Shown: positions 1 through 7,854 of the stretch, piece after piece
Layout of the letters: each line of letters starts with the position of its first letter
Numbering within the stretch: the stretch's first letter is position 1
Source of the DNA: Acidimicrobiia bacterium
GTDB taxonomy: Bacteria > Actinomycetota > Acidimicrobiia > IMCC26256 > JAENVU01
Assembly: GCA_025361725.1 (NCBI GenBank)
Contig: JANYJV010000073.1
Span: forward strand, 1,079 to 65,078
Length of the DNA stretch: 64,000 nt
Direction: 5' to 3'
Program-made: the position numbers and the translations under genes
The notes under the pieces: generated by a model
The model's database searches: none
What the model was told of the DNA's origin: nothing
Seen by the model: the letters and a program-made list of their open reading frames with translations, nothing else

Positions 1-43
1 CGCCTGGCTGGCAGGCATCAGCAAGGTCCTCGATCGCAACGGC

Positions 44-535
44 GTGTCCGACGTGCCGTGCGGTGAGTGCACTGCATGCTGTCGAGCATCGCAGTTCGTC
101 CACGTGGAGCCGGACGAACTCGAGACCCTTGCCCGGATCCCGCGAGCACTGTTGTTCCCGGCGCCGAACGCGCCGGTCGGCCACCGCGTGATGGGCTACG
201 ACGAGCGGGGCCACTGTCCGATGCTCGTCGACGATCGCTGCTCGATCTATGAAGTTCGCCCCCGAGCGTGTCGCGCGTACGACTGTCGGGTGTTCTCGGC
301 GACCGAGGTGTTCCCCGAAGAACCGGAAAAGGTCGAAGTCGTGGCCCGAGCGCGTGCGTGGACGTTCACCTACGCAGCCGACACCGATCGCCGAACTCAC
401 CAACGACTCGTGGAACTCGCGGCGTCGATCCGGTCCGACGCACGGCCGGTGCCCGGATCGACCGCGACTCATGTCGCCCTTGGCGCGATCGCGCGGTTCG
501 TTGCGAGCGATTCACAACCTGGGCGAGACTCCTGA
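44..535 (+). CDS. YkgJ/UPF0153-type cysteine-cluster protein. The frame is open back to base 2, so the true start may lie upstream of the window.
   Basis: The translation carries CGECTACC ... GHCPML ... DDRCSIYEVRPRACRAYDC, the Cys pattern of the YkgJ zinc/Fe-S cluster family. Confidence 0.7.
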   Translation: MSDVPCGECTACCRASQFVHVEPDELETLARIPRALLFPAPNAPVGHRVMGYDERGHCPMLVDDRCSIYEVRPRACRAYDCRVFSATEVFPEEPEKVEVVARARAWTFTYAADTDRRTHQRLVELAASIRSDARPVPGSTATHVALGAIARFVASDSQPGRDS

Positions 536-537
536 AC

Positions 538-894
538 ATGCAGCCACTCGATATTCATCACGTCTCGGTCAACGTCGCCAACGTCGCGGATGCGCTGGCG
601 TTCTACACGGAGGTCTTGGGCGGTGTCGCCCGAACCGATCGCCCCGACTTTGGCTTCGGTGGCGCGTGGATCGACTTCGGTGACCGGCAGGTGCATCTCA
701 TCGAGGCGCCGGTTCCGGACAACTTCGGTCAACACTTCGCGGTGCGTGTCGCCGATCTACCGGCGACGGTCGAGGAACTCCGAACACGCGGGTTCGAGGT
801 GAGCGATGCCGTCCCGGTCGGGACCGGGCTTCAGGCGTTCATGACCGATCCGTCCGGCAACGCCATCGAACTCCACCAAACCAACGCCCTCTGA
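538..894 (+). CDS. VOC-family (glyoxalase/bleomycin-resistance/dioxygenase fold) protein
   Basis: ATG at 538. The translation MQPLDIHHVSVNVANVADALAFYTEVLG ... HFAVRVADL ... DPSGNAIEL is typical of VOC modules. Confidence 0.8.
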   Translation: MQPLDIHHVSVNVANVADALAFYTEVLGGVARTDRPDFGFGGAWIDFGDRQVHLIEAPVPDNFGQHFAVRVADLPATVEELRTRGFEVSDAVPVGTGLQAFMTDPSGNAIELHQTNAL

Positions 895-920
895 AGTTTC
901 CGGCGTGTCTCGTCCCCCGG

Positions 921-2681
921 TCAGCGACGCGCGAACGTCGGGTCGCCGGAGAGGTACAGGATGTCGAAGGTCACGACGAACGAGTTGAACGTCGGCTGCG
1001 CAATGGTGTGGGCATCGACACAAGGATGCGGTACCGCAACACCGGCGCCGACCGAGGAACAGAAGGGCACCACCGTGCCGACCGTGGGCTGCACTGGATC
1101 GTTGTTCTTGTAGATCGTGGATCCATAGGCGTCCGCGGCGGCGGTGAGATTGTCGCCCTCACCGTTGAACGTGAACGTCAAACGCAACCGGATCGGATGG
1201 TTTGGGTCGTCATACCCCGGGAAGTCCGAGACGGTGGTCGCAGGCCCGGCGCACGGTCCGCCACAGAAGCTGCCATCGCCTTGGGTAATGACGATGGGCG
1301 CGCCGGGACCCGAATCGGGGAGCGTCACGGTCGCCGGGTTCGGCCCAGGGATCGTGATGGACCCACCGGGTGAGACGAAGCCCTTCGATACGCCTGGGGA
1401 TGGCGCTTCGACCGCAGTGGTTTCGTTCACGGTGGCGTTGCTGCCTGGTGTCGCAGTCGCCGAGTTGGTCATCGAACCGCCAGCGGGAACGGTGGCGGGA
1501 CTGGTCACCACCAGCGTGGCTTGGGCCGATCCACCAACGATCAATGCGCCGAGTGAACAGTCCACCGGCGCGGTGCCGGAGCATGAGTTGGGCGCAGAGG
1601 CGGTGACCAGGGTCGTGCCGGACGGCAGTGTGTCGAGGACATGTGCATCGGCCACCGGCGCGATGCCGTTGTTGGTGACAGTGAGGGCGTATTGAACGTC
1701 GTTGCCCGCGGTCACCGGATCGGGAGAGTCGGCGATCCTGACATCCAGGACCGGTGAAACCACGGTCGTCGACTCTGAGACAGCCGGAGCCTCACCGGGT
1801 GGCGCGCTGGCCGTGTTGACGATCTGTCCGCTGACGGGAACTGTTGTCGGGCTCGTCACCACGATGGTTGCGGTTGCGCTTCCGCCGCCGGGGATAGACC
1901 CGAGCGCGCAGGTGACGGATGTGGTTCCGATGCAGTTCCCGCTCGAACTCGCGGAGACGAGTGTTGCGCCGGGGAAGGCATCGGCCACGGACACGTTGGT
2001 CGCCGGCAACGTCGCGTTGTTCGTCACGGTCAGCTGGTAGGTGACATCACTCCCGGCCTGCACGGGATCCGGTCCGTCGGTGATGACGGTCGAGAGATGG
2101 TTCGAATGGCGCGTGAGGACTCTGAGCTCATCCATGACGGTCGGGGTGCGGACGTCGATCGAGACCGTTCGGCGATCGGTCGAGATCGTGAACTTGTCTT
2201 CGCTTTTCTCGAGCCCGCGTTGGACGGTGGAACCGGCGTACGTGGTGCCGGACGCACCGAGCGAATCGGTGGCAGCCAAACGCGCCGTCGACGCGATGAC
2301 GCCGATCACGTCGTCGGCGAAGGTCACGCTCCCGGTCCGCCGGCTGGTGGAACCGGAGGCGGTCGGGTCGCTGTGAATGAGGCTCGTGTCCAGGACGGTG
2401 CCGGCAGGAATCCGGGTGGTGCCGTTCGGGAATACCGTGTAGGTACCCGGATTGACTGCGTCAACGACAACCGCGCTGGCGAGGGTCACGCCCGAACGTT
2501 CGTCGAACGTGACGGCACTGGTGGCGTTTTCGAGCGCGTTCAGCGCGACTGATGGTGGCGGTGAGGAGAGTGTGATGACGCTGCCACTCGAACTCGATAT
2601 GAGCGCGCCGGCAACCGCAATCGTCGACGCCGCCATGACGATCGCGCCGCACACCGCAAGAAGTGCCTTCGAAGAACGCAT
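921..2681 (-). CDS. Secreted protein with two DUF11-type 'conserved repeat' domains and a C-terminal domain ending SGDPTFARR
   Basis: ATG at 2681 is preceded by GAAAGAGG. The signal peptide is MRSSKALLAVCGAIVMAASTIAVA. There are tandem repeats DVTYQLTVTNN...ATIVVTSPTTVP and DVQYALTVTNN...ATLVVTSPATVP. The long 5' extension of the 760-aa ORF overlaps the neighbouring gene and was discarded. Confidence 0.75.
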   Translation of the reverse strand: MRSSKALLAVCGAIVMAASTIAVAGALISSSSGSVITLSSPPPSVALNALENATSAVTFDERSGVTLASAVVVDAVNPGTYTVFPNGTTRIPAGTVLDTSLIHSDPTASGSTSRRTGSVTFADDVIGVIASTARLAATDSLGASGTTYAGSTVQRGLEKSEDKFTISTDRRTVSIDVRTPTVMDELRVLTRHSNHLSTVITDGPDPVQAGSDVTYQLTVTNNATLPATNVSVADAFPGATLVSASSSGNCIGTTSVTCALGSIPGGGSATATIVVTSPTTVPVSGQIVNTASAPPGEAPAVSESTTVVSPVLDVRIADSPDPVTAGNDVQYALTVTNNGIAPVADAHVLDTLPSGTTLVTASAPNSCSGTAPVDCSLGALIVGGSAQATLVVTSPATVPAGGSMTNSATATPGSNATVNETTAVEAPSPGVSKGFVSPGGSITIPGPNPATVTLPDSGPGAPIVITQGDGSFCGGPCAGPATTVSDFPGYDDPNHPIRLRLTFTFNGEGDNLTAAADAYGSTIYKNNDPVQPTVGTVVPFCSSVGAGVAVPHPCVDAHTIAQPTFNSFVVTFDILYLSGDPTFARR

Positions 2682-2820
2682 CTGCCCAACCTCTTTCGTC
2701 GCCCGCCCACGGGAACTCTCGTAGACCTTAGGCCCGTTCCTCAGGGTTTGTCCTATGACGACGGTTTCGACAAACTTGCTGACCGGAATCTGAGCCCGTG
2801 ACGCGACGAAGCTGCCGGAG

Positions 2821-4587
2821 TCAGCGGCGGGCAAACGTCGGGTCGTCGCGGCCAAAGACCTGCCACGTCGTGACCAGTTCGTTCGTCGCATTCGGCCGAG
2901 TGTTCTCGGACGCGATGCACCACGTCTCGCCGGCCGGAATCGTTGCGCTCGTAACGAGTCCCGCGTTGTCGAACTGAGGGGCGACACACCACTGGACCGG
3001 CCGGAAATTCGTTCCGCCGGTCGGGTCGTACTTGAGGAGCAGCGTGAATGCTCCAGAGCCGCCGACAACGGGTGCCGGGTCCGAGCCGAGGGTGACGAAG
3101 CCGCGGTAGTCGACCGTCGTTGCGCCCAACGGACGGAAGGACACCGTGCCCGCCGCAGCGGACGCGTCCAGCGCGTAGCGCTTGCAGTTGAACGTGTCGT
3201 CAAGGCGGGTGAACGAACCGGTCACCCCGCCGTCGGCGGCGGAGACGGTCTCGTTGCTGCAGATCGCCGGGAATACCGTCACCGTGACTGTGGCGACGTT
3301 GGAGCTCGCCGTACCGTCCGATGCGCGGTAGGTGAACGACGCCGGACCCGTGTAGCCGGGCGCCGGTGTCGCGGGAGGAGTGAAGGTCACGGTGCCATCG
3401 GCGTTCGCGACGACCGTCGAGCCCGCGGGACTAATACTGGCGAAGTCGCCGGGAACGAGCAAGTTGCCGTCGACGTCAGAGTCGTTGGCCAGCACGGGGA
3501 TCACCACGCTGCTCTTCTGGTTCACCTCGACGGTGTCGTCCTGGGCGACCGGTGCGTCGTTGACCGCAACGACGGTGATCCCGACGTTTGCGGTGGTGCT
3601 GGCGGCGCCGTCCGATGCGGCGTAACTGAACGAGTCTGGCCCGTTGTAGTTCGCGGCCGGCGTGTAGGTGAATGCTCCACTTGCCGCGAAAGACAGCGAG
3701 CCGTGGGACGGGCCGGTCACGAGTGCCGCGCTGAGCGGGTTGCCGTCGGAGTCGGAGTCGTTGGTGAGGACGTTGCCGGAGACCGGCGTGTCCTCCAGGG
3801 TCGTCACCGTGTCGTCGACGGCGGTGGGAGCTGCGTTCGACAGGAAGAACTGCGAATCGAAGTTGGGGTTGTTGGCGAAGTCATTGCTGCCCTCGAGCGA
3901 GACGGTCCCGATCGAGACTGTGGTGAGGGTCACCGTGTCGAAGTTGAAGCCGGGTTGCACGGTCCACTCGCAGTTGTCGTTCGGACCGTTGTTCGGTCCG
4001 GAACTGTTCGGTGCGGCGCAGGCGTCGGTCGTGTCACCCGGGCTGGAACTCGCAAAATACGGAGCGCTGGTGTCGTAGTCCGTCTCTGCAGCCTGAGGAG
4101 CCGTGATGGCAGTGCCGGTCTGGAGTTGGTAGACCGCGCTCGTCGCGCTGCTCGAGAGGGTGAGCTTGACCGTGGCGTTCCCGGTCATCTCGAGGTCGAG
4201 GCGCACGCCCGTGAACGTGCGGTTCGCGATGGCAGTGCCGGGCTTGAGCCGGAGGCTCTCGGTGCCGTCGACCTGGGAGCAGGGTGTTCCGTTGCCACTA
4301 CCCGGTGAGCCTTTGACGCCGATCGAATCGGAGCCCAATCCGGGTCCGGACTGGGTGCCGGTCGAGGTGAGGTGCATGACGGGCTCGGCCGAGTTGATCT
4401 TGCACGAGCTCGAGGCCGTGGTCAGCGACTGGGTCGTGGTCCCGTACTGGAAGTACCGACCGTCGCTCCCGAGATGCAGCCTGACGACGCTCGGCGCTGC
4501 GCCGCCGGCGGTGGCGAGCACGACTCCGGCCCCGGCCGTGACCAGCACCGTGACCAGCGCAAGTCGAAGAGATCGATTCCGGAACAT
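2821..4587 (-). CDS. Secreted protein with two cadherin-like/Ig-like tandem repeats and a C-terminal domain ending RDDPTFARR
   Basis: The signal peptide is MFRNRSLRLALVTVLVTAGAGVVLATA. The repeats are AVDDTVTTLEDTPVSGNVLTNDSDSDGNPL...FSYAASDG and AQDDTVEVNQ...LANDSDVDGN...FTYRASDG. Confidence 0.75.
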   Translation of the reverse strand: MFRNRSLRLALVTVLVTAGAGVVLATAGGAAPSVVRLHLGSDGRYFQYGTTTQSLTTASSSCKINSAEPVMHLTSTGTQSGPGLGSDSIGVKGSPGSGNGTPCSQVDGTESLRLKPGTAIANRTFTGVRLDLEMTGNATVKLTLSSSATSAVYQLQTGTAITAPQAAETDYDTSAPYFASSSPGDTTDACAAPNSSGPNNGPNDNCEWTVQPGFNFDTVTLTTVSIGTVSLEGSNDFANNPNFDSQFFLSNAAPTAVDDTVTTLEDTPVSGNVLTNDSDSDGNPLSAALVTGPSHGSLSFAASGAFTYTPAANYNGPDSFSYAASDGAASTTANVGITVVAVNDAPVAQDDTVEVNQKSSVVIPVLANDSDVDGNLLVPGDFASISPAGSTVVANADGTVTFTPPATPAPGYTGPASFTYRASDGTASSNVATVTVTVFPAICSNETVSAADGGVTGSFTRLDDTFNCKRYALDASAAAGTVSFRPLGATTVDYRGFVTLGSDPAPVVGGSGAFTLLLKYDPTGGTNFRPVQWCVAPQFDNAGLVTSATIPAGETWCIASENTRPNATNELVTTWQVFGRDDPTFARR

Positions 4588-4659
4588 TGCTGCCTCCCAT
4601 GGCCCGTGAACGGGCGAAACTAGGTGAACCGCTAGAATCGGTCAAATTGCCCCGGGCGC

Positions 4660-4691
4660 GACGAAGCCGCCGGAAAACCGGCGGCTTCGTC
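4660..4691 (-). terminator. Stem-loop downstream of cspA
   Basis: Perfect 14-bp inverted repeat GACGAAGCCGCCGG-AAAA-CCGGCGGCTTCGTC, 16 nt after the csp stop. There is no clear U-tract. Confidence 0.6.
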
Positions 4692-4706
4692 AATAGTTAC
4701 GGGGTT

Positions 4707-4907
4707 TCAGATGACGCGGACGTTCTGCGCTTCCTCACCCTTGCGACCGGGAGCAGTGTCGAACTCGACGCGCTGGCCATCTTCGAGGGTCTTGTACCCA
4801 TCGGCCTGGATCGCCGAGAAGTGAACGAACACATCCTCACCCGAGTCACGCGAGATGAAGCCGAAACCCTTTTCGGCGTTGAAGAACTTTACGGTGCCTT
4901 GCTGCAC
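4707..4907 (-). CDS. cspA: Cold-shock protein, CspA family
   Basis: The translation [48 protein letters not shown] contains the RNP1/RNP2 motifs. I prefer the GTG at 4907 (66 aa) over the TTG at 4940 listed by the ORF track. Confidence 0.9.
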   Translation of the reverse strand: MQQGTVKFFNAEKGFGFISRDSGEDVFVHFSAIQADGYKTLEDGQRVEFDTAPGRKGEEAQNVRVI

Positions 4908-5030
4908 AGATTTCTCGTTTCTTTGTTCGCGATCGACCAAGGGATTTTGATCGACTCGCGACCGACACCCTAGGGGCTCGACAGCATTGGTGAGGTACTG
5001 CGTCCAAAAAAGCTCGTGGACCGGGATGGA

Positions 5031-5822
5031 TCAACCCTCGAAATCGCCGCCGCGCCCATGTTTCCAGTACCCACGGATGGTGCAGTGTGATCGCGGGATT
5101 CTGAGGGTCTCGAAGCAGTGTCGGCGAATTCGTTGCATGCTGGCCGCTTCTCCCGCCGCCCAGATCCGCGTGTCGGGATTGATGGGCGTGTCCTGCATCG
5201 CATCGACGAGTCGCGATCCCGGGAGGGCATCGTCGCCAAGATCGAGCCACGTGACGAGCGCGTCGGTGTGATCGGTGATCTGAGTGCGTGCGTCGGGTCG
5301 GGTCACTTCGACGAACACCCGCGCGTGGGCATGAACGGGGAGTCCACCGACCAGTTGGCGGATGGCCGGAACCGCTGATTCATCACCCGCGACGATGAAG
5401 TGAGTCGCAGAAGAGTCGACGGTGTACCCGCGTCCGGGTCCCGAAACCGCTGCGGGCGCGCCGACGATCGCTGCGGCCGCCCAGTTCGACGCAGGACCGT
5501 GGCCATGGATCACGACGTCGACGTCGAGTTCGAGCGCGACCGGGTCAAATGCGCGTGGCGTGAAGGTTCGGATCGTCGGCTTGCTGTCGTCGGGCAACAG
5601 GAACTCGTTCCCGCGCCAGGTGGGAATCACGAGGTCGGTTGCCGCTTCGCCGGGTATCAGCAGCCGCACACTTGCGGCGGGCTCGTCGGCCGTGAACCCA
5701 GCCAGCGCATCACCGCCGAGGGTGATACGCCGCAGCCACGGCGTGACCGATTCGGCGCGAATCACCGTGATGGATCGGAACGGTGGTGGCGATCGCCGAA
5801 CGCGCGGGGCGGTGGTGCTCAC
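5031..5822 (-). CDS. Siderophore-interacting protein (FAD-binding ferric-siderophore reductase family, ViuB/SIP-like)
   Basis: The translation contains PTIRTFTPRAFD (RxYT-like FAD motif), HGHGPASNWA, FIVAGDESAVPAI and a C-terminal YWKHG. The GTG start overlaps the upstream stop as GTGA. Confidence 0.8.
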   Translation of the reverse strand: MSTTAPRVRRSPPPFRSITVIRAESVTPWLRRITLGGDALAGFTADEPAASVRLLIPGEAATDLVIPTWRGNEFLLPDDSKPTIRTFTPRAFDPVALELDVDVVIHGHGPASNWAAAAIVGAPAAVSGPGRGYTVDSSATHFIVAGDESAVPAIRQLVGGLPVHAHARVFVEVTRPDARTQITDHTDALVTWLDLGDDALPGSRLVDAMQDTPINPDTRIWAAGEAASMQRIRRHCFETLRIPRSHCTIRGYWKHGRGGDFEG

Positions 5823-6367
5823 TTCTTCGGGTTCGCCGCCGCGAGTGCTGCGAACTGCCTGCGCACCGTCGCATCGTCGGGACGGTAGAGGAGCGTGGCC
5901 CTACCGGCCGGTGTGATGAAGACCCACGCCGGTTGACCCCGTACGCGGAACTTCTTCCAGACTTTGAGATCGAGGTCCGCGCCGTTCGGGAACGGCAGGT
6001 CGTACTTCTTCTCGAAGTCCACCATTGGGCCTTGGTCGTCGCGCCCAGAAATTCCGACGACCGCAAGGCGGTCTTGATACTGCCGCGCCAACTGCGCGAC
6101 TCCGGGAGCCTCCCGGTTGCACACCTCTCACCACGGCGCCCAGAACCAGAGCGCGAGCGACTTCCCTGCGTAGTCAGCACCGCGGATCTGCGGTCCGGTG
6201 ACGCCGGGCAGCGTGAAGTCGAGTGCGTCGGCAACGGGCGTCGCAGCAGGTGTCCCGTTGGTGCTCGGCACCGAGCTCTTAACGGTGACGCCTTTCTCCG
6301 ACCCGCCGCTCGACCCACACGCGGCGGTCAGGAGGACGGCGGCGACGAGACCCACGAGGCGGTGCAT
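5819..6367 (-). CDS. TlpA/ResA-like thiol:disulfide oxidoreductase lipoprotein, predicted selenoprotein (UGA at 6128-6130 read as Sec; active site W-A-P-W-U-E-V-C)
   Basis: The two ORF-track ORFs 6128..6367 and 5819..6124 are in the same frame, separated only by TGA. The lipobox is LLTAAC. The motif LALWFWAPW-[TGA]-EVCNREAP aligns with the canonical FWAxWCxxCxxExP redoxin motif. A hairpin lies 11 nt downstream. Confidence 0.75.
6102..6116 (-). promoter_or_regulatory. Putative bacterial SECIS hairpin for the redoxin UGA
   Basis: The RNA CCGGGA-GGC-UCCCGG forms a 6-bp stem with a G-containing loop. It starts exactly 11 nt 3' of UGA. Confidence 0.6.
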
Positions 6368-6428
6368 GCCACGGAAGTGTAGGGAGCAAGGTCGCTGTTG
6401 CGGGACCGGTCTCGGCGATTGGGATGGA

Positions 6429-6447
6429 CGTCACGCCGAGCGTGACG
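6429..6447 (-). terminator. Hairpin downstream of the doc toxin gene
   Basis: CGTCACGC-CGA-GCGTGACG forms an 8-bp perfect stem. There is no U-tract. Confidence 0.35.
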
Positions 6448-6514
6448 CTGATCCCACACGCGGTCGAGGCGGCACATCGGCAGGGCTGAGGACCGGCCCC
6501 CCAGGCCGAGGTCG

Positions 6515-6907
6515 TCAACGCTCGACACCCGTTGCGGTCCGGAGCATTGACACGATCTCAGCGACGTCGAGGCGCTGCGCTGCAACGCGCATCACGAGGT
6601 CGTAGACGTCGGCATTCGAGGTGGTCGTCGCTCGCACGCCGTTGAGTTCCAAGAACACCGCGGTTGCCAGCCAACCCAATCTTTTGTTGCCGTCGACGAG
6701 CGCGTGATTGTTGACGATCGAGTCGAGGAGTGCGGCGGCCTTGGTCCAGAGATCGGGGTACGCATCGGCGGCGAACGCGGTGGCTTGGGGGCGGGCCACG
6801 GCCGATCCGAGGAGACCGAGGTCCCGAATCGGCGGAGGGTCGCCAAGGAGGAGGCGAGCGAGCTCCACCACGTCGTCCAGATCGAGGTACTCAATCCGGG
6901 GCGTCAC
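6515..6907 (-). CDS. doc: Doc-family (Fic fold) type II toxin
   Basis: The motif NHALVDGNKRLGW matches the Doc signature Hx[FL]x[DN]GNKR. The protein is 130 aa. The GTG start overlaps the antitoxin stop (GTGA). Confidence 0.85.
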   Translation of the reverse strand: MTPRIEYLDLDDVVELARLLLGDPPPIRDLGLLGSAVARPQATAFAADAYPDLWTKAAALLDSIVNNHALVDGNKRLGWLATAVFLELNGVRATTTSNADVYDLVMRVAAQRLDVAEIVSMLRTATGVER

Positions 6908-7107
6908 TGCCCCAATCGTTCGAGCGCGTCGGCGTGGGTGCGGATGACTCGACGCGCGGCGGCCGAGACGCGGTCTCGGTGCTGTCCGGCGGCGACGTAC
7001 GCGCGCACCGCTTGGCGGGCTGCGTCCTGGAGTGAGATTCCCTCCGCCGCAGCCCGTTCACGCAGCCCGGCTTGCTCGTCGTCGGTCAGTCGCAGCGTCA
7101 TGGCCAT
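6904..7107 (-). CDS. Ribbon-helix-helix (Phd/CopG-like) antitoxin
   Basis: The 67-aa product MAMTLRLTDDEQAGLRERAAAEGISLQDAARQAVRAYV has an RHH pattern and lies immediately upstream of doc, coupled to it. Confidence 0.75.
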   Translation of the reverse strand: MAMTLRLTDDEQAGLRERAAAEGISLQDAARQAVRAYVAAGQHRDRVSAAARRVIRTHADALERLGQ

Positions 7108-7120
7108 GAGGTGGATGGTA

Positions 7121-7849
7121 TCAGTCTGATACCAGCTGCTCGAAGAGGGCGAGGTGGTCGGGGCGGTGGCGGAGAAACTCGGGGTGCCACTGCACGCCGA
7201 GCACGTTGGTTGCGCCGTCGATCTCGATCCCCTCGACGTGACCCTGTTCGTTGTGCGCCACCGCGTGCACGCGGTCACCAAGTTCGTCGAGCACCTGATG
7301 GTGGAGCGTGTTCACGCCGAGGGTCTCGGTGCCGACGATTTTGGCCAGGCGCGAGTCCGGTTCGATGGTGACCGTGTGCGCGTCATGGTTGTACTGGTCG
7401 AGACGCATGTGATCGTCGACGTGCTGGTGCAATGTGCCGCCGAGCGCGACGTTCAGGATCTGGATACCCCGGCACACCGCGAGCGTGGGCTGATCGCGTG
7501 CAACAACCGCGCGCGCGATCGCGATGTCCGACGCGTCGCGCACGGGATCGAGCGGTCCGAGCTGTGGGTGCGGAGTCTGGCCGTACCCGGCCGGATCGAG
7601 GTCACGGCCGCCCGTGATCACGACTGCGTCGACCGCGTCGAGCAACGCCTCGACGTCGCTGGGATCGACGACGGGCAGGATCACCGGCACCCCACCGGCA
7701 CGTTGTACCGCCTTCACGTACGCGGTGGTGGCCATGTAGTGATCGACGGCGACACCCTCGTCGCCCCCGACCGCGGTGAGGTGCCCGACGATGCCGACGA
7801 CTCGTCCACGGACGCCGGTTTCGCTTCGCGCTTGCTCGGTGCGGTTCAT
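7121..7849 (-). CDS. Gamma-glutamyl-gamma-aminobutyrate hydrolase family protein (class I glutamine amidotransferase, peptidase C26, PuuD-like)
   Basis: The translation contains VVITGGRDLDP, the LAVCRGIQILNVALGG nucleophile elbow, and GVQWHPE. ATG at 7849. Confidence 0.85.
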   Translation of the reverse strand: MNRTEQARSETGVRGRVVGIVGHLTAVGGDEGVAVDHYMATTAYVKAVQRAGGVPVILPVVDPSDVEALLDAVDAVVITGGRDLDPAGYGQTPHPQLGPLDPVRDASDIAIARAVVARDQPTLAVCRGIQILNVALGGTLHQHVDDHMRLDQYNHDAHTVTIEPDSRLAKIVGTETLGVNTLHHQVLDELGDRVHAVAHNEQGHVEGIEIDGATNVLGVQWHPEFLRHRPDHLALFEQLVSD

Positions 7850-7854
7850 CGCGG

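Noticed and set aside
4587-4973. 128-aa plus-strand ORF
   Set aside because: It is antisense to the unmistakable cspA gene and its terminator. It has no motif support.
5819-6367. Interpreting the in-frame TGAs (6128-6130 and 57104-57106) as pseudogene lesions or true stops
   Set aside because: Both stops fall exactly on the redox-active Cys column of a conserved motif. The downstream halves stay in frame with motif-consistent sequence and have no independent RBS. Both are followed at +11 nt by a stable hairpin. Pseudogenisation remains the fallback if the genome lacks sel genes.
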